A stretch of 41,043 bases of DNA from Escherichia virus TH49: the sequence record MT446417.1, one strand, 5' to 3'. A program made the translations under genes and the position numbers. Below, one piece after another: positions 1 to 6,808 of the stretch (position 1 is the stretch's first letter; each line of letters begins with the position of its first letter). Under the pieces are notes generated by a model that was given only the letters and a program-made list of their open reading frames with translations, had not been told where the DNA came from and did not search any database.

Positions 1-98
1 AACCATAGGCCACCCCTAACCGAAGGTTAAACCTTAGGTGGTACCGATGGGAAACCTTAGGTGATACTATATGTTGTGGTGAGGGTGACCTGAGGATA
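1..98. repeat. Left direct terminal repeat (DTR), at least 98 bp
   Basis: Positions 1..98 are identical to 40946..41043 by direct reading. T7-like genomes carry direct terminal repeats; the true repeat may be longer if the record was trimmed. Confidence 0.85.
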
Positions 99-210
99 CT
101 ATATGTTGATGTCCCTGTGTCCCTATCTGTTGGTACTCATTAAGTCACACCTTAGGACCTCCTGAGGTAACCACCTGAGGTTAGACCTGAGACCATATAC
201 CTTAGGTTAA
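30..210. repeat. Array of short CCTNAGG repeats (CCTTAGG / CCTGAGG) at the left end
   Basis: At least seven copies (about 32, 55, 89, 150, 161, 174, 200) within 180 bp. Analogous in position to the CCTAAAG repeats next to the T7 terminal repeat. Confidence 0.7.
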
Positions 211-259
211 CCGTGAGTCATCACTATAGGACTATTGGGTAGTCATTGTCAATTCATTC

Positions 260-282
260 TATTAGGGCCCACTATAGGGAGA
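260..282 (+). promoter_or_regulatory. Phage RNAP promoter (phiOL-like), tattagggcccactatagggaga, +1 near 277
   Basis: 22 of 23 match to the internal consensus derived from 13 copies in this window. Confidence 0.8.
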
Positions 283-495
283 CACTTAGAGTATTACTTA
301 GAGACCATAACCAATAAGAACACTATCACTATAGGTCTAACTAAAAGTTTAACTTTAAGTGTTGACATTCAGATTCCGTTATGAGACATTAGCAACCGTT
401 GAGAGACACAACGTCACCAACAACCAGACAATACCACGAGTTATCTGGTTAGACTGAGGGTCTCAAGTAGTCATCAACCGGACATACGAAAATGG

Positions 496-524
496 TTGAC
501 TCAACGGATAACATGAAGTAACAT
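496..524 (+). promoter_or_regulatory. Candidate host sigma70 early promoter (T7 A2-like): TTGACT, 17-bp spacer, TAACAT
   Basis: The sequence ttgactcaacggataacatgaagtaacatgcag resembles the T7 A2/A3 early promoters (TTGACAACATGAAGTAACATGCAG) as I recall them. It lies in the non-coding leader upstream of the early genes. Confidence 0.4.
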
Positions 525-705
525 GCAGTCTCAGTAACACGCAGTACCTAGCAGCACCGCTCTTTAACAATATGGATTAGTCAAGCTGATATGTACACCA
601 TGACAATAGTGTTTAACTAGTGGTTACATTCAGGTCTCTGGCAAGGTACGTCCTGTCACCCTGAGAGTAGCCACACCGATAACCACTAACTGAAGGATAT
701 ACATC

Positions 706-894
706 ATGATTTACACCAAAGAGCCAGCTAACAAGGTATTCGTGTTCGTTACCGCTTATCGTGGCCATGAGTCGCAGGAAGTAAACGAGAAGATGCTCAA
801 GGAGGTGTCATTAGGTGGCACGCTGCAACGAGTGGACGCTCCTAAGGGTGAATGCTATTCAGTCATCAACGGGCAGTACTGGGAGGTGGTGTGA
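706..894 (+). CDS. Hypothetical early protein (62 aa)
   Basis: ATG with an upstream AAGGA ribosome-binding site; first ORF after the leader. Stop overlaps the next start (ATGA). No similarity recognised. Confidence 0.5.
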   Translation: MIYTKEPANKVFVFVTAYRGHESQEVNEKMLKEVSLGGTLQRVDAPKGECYSVINGQYWEVV

Positions 895-1094
895 TGAGTA
901 AGCTACTAGCAATATCCAAAATAACAGGGCAATGCACTGTAACATTACGGGAGTACCCACACGGTGAAATGGGGAGTACCTACATTGTGCGATATGGTAA
1001 GCAGGTAAAACACTGGGTCAACGAAGTACTAGCTCAGGAGGATTATCAATCATGCGTCGCACATCAATCAACTTGCGCTGGGTGGAATGACTAA
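894..1094 (+). CDS. Hypothetical early protein (66 aa)
   Basis: ATG at 894 preceded by GGAGGTGG; translationally coupled to the ORFs on either side. Confidence 0.5.
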   Translation: MSKLLAISKITGQCTVTLREYPHGEMGSTYIVRYGKQVKHWVNEVLAQEDYQSCVAHQSTCAGWND

Positions 1095-1333
1095 TGAAGC
1101 ATTACGGAATCACGCAGCAGAATCTCAAGAGCACTCGCAAGGCCATGAAGGTGGCCCTAATGTGTGTCAACCAGTCACCTGAAGATATGAACGCATGGCA
1201 CGGCTACTACATGGCCCAACTGGCCCAAACTTATCGCACACGCAAGGTAATGTATAATGTCACTCCCTCTCGTAATCATAGCGCTCCTGGGATATTCGCT
1301 CATCCTTATGGTGTTCGTGAAAGACTTTCATAA
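1094..1333 (+). CDS. Gene 0.6-like early protein (79 aa)
   Basis: The N-terminus MKHY... resembles the recalled T7 gp0.6 start (MMKHYVMP...). ATG overlaps the upstream stop. The 3' part overlaps ORF 1257..1463 in another frame. Confidence 0.45.
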   Translation: MKHYGITQQNLKSTRKAMKVALMCVNQSPEDMNAWHGYYMAQLAQTYRTRKVMYNVTPSRNHSAPGIFAHPYGVRERLS

Positions 1334-1463
1334 GGGTCTCAAGGTGCACAAAGCATCATTAAGTTACATGAAGTGGGGCTTCTTGCCTCGCTTTACTGTA
1401 CGGCTACCAAATGGCCGCTTTAAGGCAAACAAAGTGGGGATATTCTATGTCGCAACGCACTAA
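1257..1463 (+). CDS. Hypothetical small membrane protein (68 aa), overlapping the 0.6-like ORF
   Basis: Hydrophobic N-terminal stretch (LPLVIIALLGYSLILMVFV) and an AAGG motif 9 nt upstream. It is in the +1 frame relative to 1094..1333; it may be a separate gene or a frameshift partner. Confidence 0.35.
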   Translation: MSLPLVIIALLGYSLILMVFVKDFHKGLKVHKASLSYMKWGFLPRFTVRLPNGRFKANKVGIFYVATH

Positions 1464-1680
1464 CCTGAAGAAAGCCTTCAAGATTGCACGGATGGTGATG
1501 CCATACGGTGCCGGGGAGAAGCGCACAAAGCGGATACTTGCGGCAAGGGCTGGGAGATTACCAGCTCGGCAGCGCAAATGGGTAATGCAGCAAGTTTATA
1601 CAGAGCTTTACCATCCTGAGCGAATACCAGATGGCTACATACGGTCGCCTATAGGCTGGAAACGAGTAGCAACTAACTAA
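1447..1680 (+). CDS. Hypothetical basic early protein (77 aa)
   Basis: ATG at 1447 preceded by GTGGGGA; Arg/Lys-rich product; last ORF before the kinase gene. Confidence 0.5.
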   Translation: MSQRTNLKKAFKIARMVMPYGAGEKRTKRILAARAGRLPARQRKWVMQQVYTELYHPERIPDGYIRSPIGWKRVATN

Positions 1681-1713
1681 ACCACTAACACACACACTTA
1701 AGGAAACAACCTA

Positions 1714-2730
1714 ATGAACTACTTAGACATGCAAGACCGCTTAGACGTCATCCATCACCTGCCAATCTGTGAACTCGACAAGCGCCAGCCACTGCTGGTA
1801 GCACTCATTGCGGACATTGTGAACGCTGAGACGTCCAACGGTGACGATACGGATAGCGATTGGAGTCTGGAAAGTCAGGACTATTGGCAAACCCTGAAGA
1901 TTAAGGCCAAAGACGCTGGGTTTAACCTACTGGGCAATGGTCACTTCAGCGCAGCGTTTAAGCACGAGCTGCTACCGGGTAAGGTCATTAAGGTTGGCTT
2001 TAAGAAAGAAGACTCAGGGGCCGCCTACGTGGCTTTCTGCCGGATGCATCAAGGCCGGGTAGGGATTCCTAACGTCTATCACGTAGCGCGCCACGCTGGC
2101 TGCTATACGGTGGTATTGGACGAGCTGGAACCATGCAATCGCAGCGGTAACCACTTGCACGACCACTATGCAGACCTCGCGTATTACTTTGTCGAGTGTG
2201 ATTATGCACCTGAGGAGCACCACCAGAAGGACTTACCATTCATTGAGACGTGCCAGATGATTCGGGACTTCTTCTGTGGGATTGCGTCATTCGATATGCA
2301 CAGCGGTAACATCATGTTCACCAAGGACGGTAAGCCAGTGATTACCGACCCGGTGTCATTCTCAGCGGACCGGGACCGCGAGCCTTTCTCGCTGGAACCT
2401 GAGGAGCTACTTGCTGAGATTGAGCAGATAGCGCACGCCAAGATGATTGAACGCTGTAAGCGCAACAAGGCAAAGCGTGACCCGAACGGGGAGATGCGCA
2501 TCGCACGCCGGAAGGCCAATAAGGAACGTCGAGCACGCCGGAAGGCACACGCTCGGTGGCGTGAGGAGCGCGAACGTGAGCGCGAGCAGTATCACGTAGA
2601 CGCCCTAAAGGCAGACCTAGCGAGTATTGAGGTGCGCGTTCTAGCGTGGCAAATGGGACCCGGCCTAGCAATACAGCAGGGCAAGCCATTGCCAATCGAC
2701 AACTACCTTCAGGGTAGACTTATGGGTTAA
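1714..2730 (+). CDS. gp0.7: Serine/threonine protein kinase and host shutoff protein (T7 gp0.7 homolog)
   Basis: 338 aa. Long conserved blocks match the recalled T7 gp0.7 (LPICELDKRQ, GNGHFSAA, VIKVGFKKEDSGAAY, FCRM.QGR.GIPNVY, HAGCYTVVLD, ASFDMHSGNIMF, ITDPVSFS). Arg-rich C-terminus. Confidence 0.92.
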   Translation: MNYLDMQDRLDVIHHLPICELDKRQPLLVALIADIVNAETSNGDDTDSDWSLESQDYWQTLKIKAKDAGFNLLGNGHFSAAFKHELLPGKVIKVGFKKEDSGAAYVAFCRMHQGRVGIPNVYHVARHAGCYTVVLDELEPCNRSGNHLHDHYADLAYYFVECDYAPEEHHQKDLPFIETCQMIRDFFCGIASFDMHSGNIMFTKDGKPVITDPVSFSADRDREPFSLEPEELLAEIEQIAHAKMIERCKRNKAKRDPNGEMRIARRKANKERRARRKAHARWREEREREREQYHVDALKADLASIEVRVLAWQMGPGLAIQQGKPLPIDNYLQGRLMG

Positions 2731-2801
2731 CGAGGTGTATCTTAGGTGTCTCCGAACGGTGAGGCACCAATAGATAAACTTTATTCACAAAGAGGCACAC
2801 A

Positions 2802-5522
2802 ATGAACGCATTAAACATTGCACGTAATGACTTCTCAGAGATTGAACTAGCCGCTATTCCGTACAACATCCTCAGCGAGCACTACGGGGACAAGCTGGCA
2901 CGCGAGCAGTTAGCACTGGAGCATGAAGCGTACGAGCTGGGCGAGCAGCGTTTCCTGAAGATGTTAGAACGTCAGGTGAAAGCTGGTGAGTTCGCTGACA
3001 ACGTGGCCGCTAAACCGCTGGTCTTGACGTTGCACCCACAGTTAACCAAGCGTATTGACGACTGGAAGGAGGAGCAATCAAACGCTCGCGGTAAGAAGCC
3101 TCGCGCATACTACCCGATTAAGCACGGCGTTCCCTCAGAGTTGGCCCTTAGTATGGGCGCTGAGGTGCTCAAGGAGAAGCGCGGAGTGTCCAGTGAGGCA
3201 ATCGCACTGCTCACCATTAAGGTAGTCTTAGGGACGCTCACAGACGCCTCAAAGGCCACCATCCAGCAGGTATCCTCTCAGTTAGGCAAGGCGCTTGAGG
3301 ATGAGGCCCGCTTCGGGCGTATCCGTGAGCAGGAGGCCACCTACTTCAAGAAGAATGTAGCGGACCAGCTGGACAAGCGCGTGGGGCACGTGTACAAGAA
3401 GGCTTTCATGCAGGTTGTTGAGGCCGATATGATAGCCAAAGGGATGCTGGGCGGAGACAACTGGGCGAGCTGGAAGACCGACGAGCAGATGCACGTAGGG
3501 ACAAAGCTGCTGGAGCTGCTCATTGAGGGCACCGGTCTGGTGGAAATGACCAAGAACAAGATGGCCGATGGCTCCGACGATGTGACCAGTATGCAGATGG
3601 TCCAGCTGGCTCCGGCCTTCGTGGAACTCCTGAGCAAACGAGCGGGCGCACTCGCGGGTATCAGCCCGATGCACCAGCCGTGCGTAGTCCCTCCGAAACC
3701 TTGGGTCGAAACCGTAGGTGGTGGCTACTGGTCAGTCGGTCGTCGACCGCTGGCACTGGTTCGTACCCACTCCAAGAAGGCGCTTCGCCGCTATACTGAC
3801 GTGCACATGCCTGAGGTATACAAGGCGGTAAACCTCGCGCAAAACACACCGTGGAAGGTGAACAAGAAGGTGCTGGCGGTAGTCAACGAGATTATCAACT
3901 GGAAGCACTGCCCGGTTGCTGACGTCCCAGCGATTGAACGCGAAGAGTTACCACCACGCCCGGACGATATCGACACCAACGAGGTGGCACGTAAGGCGTG
4001 GCGTAAGGAGGCCGCAGCGGTCTACCGTAAGGACAAGGCCCGCCAGTCCCGCCGATTGTCGATGGAGTTCATGGTCGCACAGGCCAACAAGTTCGCTAAC
4101 CACAAGGCCATCTGGTTCCCGTACAACATGGACTGGCGCGGGCGTGTGTACGCTGTGAGCATGTTCAACCCACAGGGTAACGACATGACCAAGGGTATGC
4201 TGACGCTGGCCAAAGGTAAGCCAATCGGTCTCGATGGGTTTTACTGGCTGAAGATTCACGGTGCAAACTGTGCAGGCGTCGACAAGGTTCCCTTCCCTGA
4301 GCGCATCAAGTTCATCGAAGAGAACGAGGGCAACATTCTGGCGAGCGCAGCGGACCCACTGAATAACACTTGGTGGACTCAGCAGGATTCGCCGTTCTGT
4401 TTCTTAGCGTTCTGCTTTGAGTATGCAGGCGTTAAGCACCACGGACTGAATTACAACTGCTCACTACCGCTGGCATTCGATGGGTCATGCTCTGGGATTC
4501 AGCACTTCAGCGCGATGCTCCGCGATTCCATCGGTGGTCGTGCGGTTAACCTGCTGCCTTCTGATACCGTGCAGGATATCTACAAGATTGTGGCCGACAA
4601 GGTTAACGAGGTACTCCACCAGCACGCTATCAACGGGTCTCAGACGGTGGTCGAGCAGATTGCTGACAAAGAGACTGGCGAGTTTCACGAGAAGGTAACT
4701 CTGGGTGAGTCCGTACTGGCTGCGCAGTGGTTGCAGTATGGAGTGACCCGCAAGGTCACTAAGCGTTCGGTAATGACGTTGGCGTACGGTTCCAAAGAGT
4801 TCGGCTTCCGCCAGCAAGTTCTGGAAGATACCATTCAGCCTGCTATTGACAACGGCGAGGGCCTGATGTTTACGCACCCTAACCAAGCGGCTGGCTACAT
4901 GGCTAAGCTGATTTGGGACGCTGTGACCGTGACCGTAGTGGCCGCTGTCGAGGCAATGAACTGGCTGAAGTCTGCCGCTAAGCTGCTGGCTGCTGAAGTC
5001 AAGGACAAGAAGACCAAAGAGGTGCTGCGTAAGCGCTGCGCAATCCACTGGGTAACACCAGACGGCTTCCCGGTGTGGCAAGAGTACCGCAAGCAGAACC
5101 AAGCCCGCCTGAAGCTGGTCTTCCTCGGTCAGGCCAACGTCAAGATGACGTACAACACCGGGAAGGACTCCGAGATTGACGCGCACAAGCAGGAATCTGG
5201 CATCGCTCCCAACTTTGTACACTCACAGGATGGCAGCCACCTGCGCATGACCGTAGTGCACGCCAACGAGGTCTACGGGATTGACTCCTTCGCACTCATT
5301 CACGACTCCTTCGGGACCATTCCGGCTGACGCTGGGAATCTCTTTAAGGCAGTCCGCGAGACGATGGTCAAGACCTATGAGGACAACGATGTAATCGCCG
5401 ACTTCTACGACCAGTTCGCTGACCAGCTGCACGAGTCTCAACTGGACAAGATGCCAGCGGTCCCGGCCAAAGGTGACCTGAATCTGCGCGATATCTTAGA
5501 GTCTGACTTCGCGTTCGCATAA
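2802..5522 (+). CDS. gp1: Single-subunit DNA-dependent RNA polymerase (T7/T3 gp1 family)
   Basis: 906 aa, near-collinear with the recalled T7/T3 RNAP (AGISPMHQPCVVPPKPW, RRPLALVRTHSKK, FPYNMDWRGRVYAV, FDGSCSGIQHFSAML, MTLAYGSKEFGFRQQ, IHDSFGT, C-terminal ESDFAFA). Confidence 0.98.
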   Translation: MNALNIARNDFSEIELAAIPYNILSEHYGDKLAREQLALEHEAYELGEQRFLKMLERQVKAGEFADNVAAKPLVLTLHPQLTKRIDDWKEEQSNARGKKPRAYYPIKHGVPSELALSMGAEVLKEKRGVSSEAIALLTIKVVLGTLTDASKATIQQVSSQLGKALEDEARFGRIREQEATYFKKNVADQLDKRVGHVYKKAFMQVVEADMIAKGMLGGDNWASWKTDEQMHVGTKLLELLIEGTGLVEMTKNKMADGSDDVTSMQMVQLAPAFVELLSKRAGALAGISPMHQPCVVPPKPWVETVGGGYWSVGRRPLALVRTHSKKALRRYTDVHMPEVYKAVNLAQNTPWKVNKKVLAVVNEIINWKHCPVADVPAIEREELPPRPDDIDTNEVARKAWRKEAAAVYRKDKARQSRRLSMEFMVAQANKFANHKAIWFPYNMDWRGRVYAVSMFNPQGNDMTKGMLTLAKGKPIGLDGFYWLKIHGANCAGVDKVPFPERIKFIEENEGNILASAADPLNNTWWTQQDSPFCFLAFCFEYAGVKHHGLNYNCSLPLAFDGSCSGIQHFSAMLRDSIGGRAVNLLPSDTVQDIYKIVADKVNEVLHQHAINGSQTVVEQIADKETGEFHEKVTLGESVLAAQWLQYGVTRKVTKRSVMTLAYGSKEFGFRQQVLEDTIQPAIDNGEGLMFTHPNQAAGYMAKLIWDAVTVTVVAAVEAMNWLKSAAKLLAAEVKDKKTKEVLRKRCAIHWVTPDGFPVWQEYRKQNQARLKLVFLGQANVKMTYNTGKDSEIDAHKQESGIAPNFVHSQDGSHLRMTVVHANEVYGIDSFALIHDSFGTIPADAGNLFKAVRETMVKTYEDNDVIADFYDQFADQLHESQLDKMPAVPAKGDLNLRDILESDFAFA

Positions 5523-5532
5523 GGTCTCAGGC

Positions 5533-5555
5533 AATTAGGGCACACTATAGGGAAC
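5533..5555 (+). promoter_or_regulatory. Phage RNAP promoter (phi1.1A-like), aattagggcacactatagggaac
   Basis: Near-consensus 23-mer directly after the RNAP gene. Followed by a 5' hairpin (gggaacc...gggttcc) and three ACTTAAAG repeats. Confidence 0.8.
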
Positions 5556-5620
5556 CTTCGAATGACCGAGGGTTCCATTACTTAAAGTCTTAACTTAAAG
5601 AATACTTAAAGAGGCATGCC

Positions 5621-6181
5621 ATGACTTACTCAATCGTTGTAACCATCTTGTTAATCATCACCGTAATTCTCCTCATCATGAGCCTAGGTGATGCAGCGGG
5701 CGATAAAGAACGCTTGGAACGTAAGGTACTGGAGGCAAACTCCCAGTTTAACAATGAGTCCTGCAAGGTCCTACGACTGGCGGACAAGGCTGACTCCCTG
5801 AGTAGACAGGTGCGATGGCTTGAGTCCATACTTGAGGAAGAAAAGCAGAATGTGCGCGATGTGAACGCACTCCGGGAGCACCAGCGTGAGCGCATGAAGT
5901 TTCTGCGCAAGTCCCTCAAGGAAGCACAAGACGAGCTGATGATGGTCTCCGACCTGATTCACGTTAAGTTCACCGCTGTGTTGCCGGACGGTACCCACTC
6001 TAAGACGCTCTTTAAGTTAGGGCTTGGGCCGTGTGGTCTCCACGTTAAGTCCCTCCGCTGGACCGAGCTGGATGACCGCTATCTGATAGACCAGCTGTGC
6101 ACCAACGGTGAGCGCAAGCAGTTCGTCTACTACAAGAGTGAAGTGGTAGGGCGTATTGAGTTCCGCCACGGTAAGATTTAA
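5621..6181 (+). CDS. Hypothetical membrane-anchored coiled-coil protein (186 aa)
   Basis: ATG with AAAGAGG upstream. N-terminal hydrophobic helix (IVVTILLIITVILLIM), then a charged heptad-like region, then a Cys-containing C-terminal part. No T7 counterpart recalled at this position. Confidence 0.6.
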   Translation: MTYSIVVTILLIITVILLIMSLGDAAGDKERLERKVLEANSQFNNESCKVLRLADKADSLSRQVRWLESILEEEKQNVRDVNALREHQRERMKFLRKSLKEAQDELMMVSDLIHVKFTAVLPDGTHSKTLFKLGLGPCGLHVKSLRWTELDDRYLIDQLCTNGERKQFVYYKSEVVGRIEFRHGKI

Positions 6182-6202
6182 TTAGGGCACACTATCAGGA
6201 AC
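6180..6202 (+). promoter_or_regulatory. Variant phage promoter-like sequence (phi1.1B-like), aattagggcacactatcaggaac
   Basis: The upstream 16 nt are consensus, but the initiation region is altered (CACTATCAGGAAC instead of CACTATAGGGAGA). It may be weak or inactive. Confidence 0.45.
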
Positions 6203-6205
6203 ATA

Positions 6206-6237
6206 CTCAAGGTCATCACGTTTGGTGGCCTTCATGA
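6206..6237 (+). promoter_or_regulatory. Putative RNase III processing hairpin (R1.1-like)
   Basis: Conserved element CTCAAGGTCAT-loop-GTGGCCTT(C/T)ATGA; the stem AAGGUCA / UGGCCUU has G-U wobbles. It is one of four copies at positions syntenic with T7 RNase III sites. Confidence 0.5.
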
Positions 6238-6270
6238 ATGTCCCTTACTATCACAATCAGGAGCAACACC

Positions 6271-6447
6271 ATGTATCAGAACACAATCAACTTCGAGCGC
6301 AACCGTGAACGTCAGCAGACCGAGGGTTATATCCCTAAGGGCCGCAAGTTGAACAAGACGCAGCGCGGTGGCGGCGTGAAGGGTTCCTTCCGTAACGCAA
6401 AGGGTGACAGCGTTGTTAACCAAGAGAAATACTTCGTAGGAGCGTAA
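6271..6447 (+). CDS. gp1.1: Gene 1.1 protein homolog (58 aa, basic)
   Basis: The motif KGRKLNKTQRG matches the recalled T7 gp1.1 (KGRKLNKTKRD). ATG at 6271 with AGGAG 9 nt upstream. Confidence 0.7.
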   Translation: MYQNTINFERNRERQQTEGYIPKGRKLNKTQRGGGVKGSFRNAKGDSVVNQEKYFVGA

Positions 6448-6450
6448 CAA

Positions 6451-6708
6451 ATGGCTACGGAAAAAAGATGGCTTTTCGATGGGAGCACCTCACAATGGTC
6501 TCGTTTAGGAGCAGCGGAGCGTAGACTGCTGGATACGACAGGACTGCACGTGGTCATGCTTGACGACCCATTCACTAACACCGTGCTGTTCAATGTGTTC
6601 GAGCCACGCGGTTCACTTCTAATAAGCAAGCGGTTCAGCCACTGGTCGATTGACTCAGCGTCAGACTGGCTGGCAAAACTCGCCGCAGACTACTCAAGCT
6701 GGAAGTAA
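6451..6708 (+). CDS. gp1.2: Gene 1.2 homolog (inhibitor of host dGTP triphosphohydrolase), 85 aa
   Basis: Same length as T7 gp1.2 (85 aa), with the C-terminal DWL...WK signature and the syntenic position after gene 1.1. Confidence 0.65.
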   Translation: MATEKRWLFDGSTSQWSRLGAAERRLLDTTGLHVVMLDDPFTNTVLFNVFEPRGSLLISKRFSHWSIDSASDWLAKLAADYSSWK

Positions 6709-6729
6709 TTAGGTCACACTATAGGCAGA
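6707..6729 (+). promoter_or_regulatory. Phage RNAP promoter (phi1.3-like), aattaggtcacactataggcaga
   Basis: 20 of 23 match to consensus, upstream of the ligase gene. Confidence 0.7.
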
Positions 6730-6762
6730 CTCAAGGTCATCGGATTCCGGTGGCCTTTATGA
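6730..6762 (+). promoter_or_regulatory. Putative RNase III processing hairpin (R1.3-like)
   Basis: Second copy of the CTCAAGGTCAT...GGTGGCCTTTATGA element. Confidence 0.5.
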
Positions 6763-6808
6763 TTGCTTATTGCACACTAAATGAACACTACACTTCGGAG
6801 ACATCATC

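Noticed and set aside
221-330. Two partial promoter-like sequences (catcactataggact around 221..236 and cactatcactataggtc around 311..327)
   Set aside because: They share only the CACTATAGG core and lack the upstream AATTAGGGCAC recognition region. They are unlikely to be functional phage promoters and may be promoter decay products.
362-390. Possible second host promoter (TTGACA ... GACATT)
   Set aside because: The -35 element is perfect, but the -10 candidate is poor at 17-18 bp spacing. Not enough to call.
4485-5222. 245-aa minus-strand ORF inside the RNA polymerase gene, and the other minus-strand ORFs throughout the track
   Set aside because: All are antisense to conserved + strand genes, lack start-site signals, and there is no minus-strand promoter. 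Treated as artefacts.
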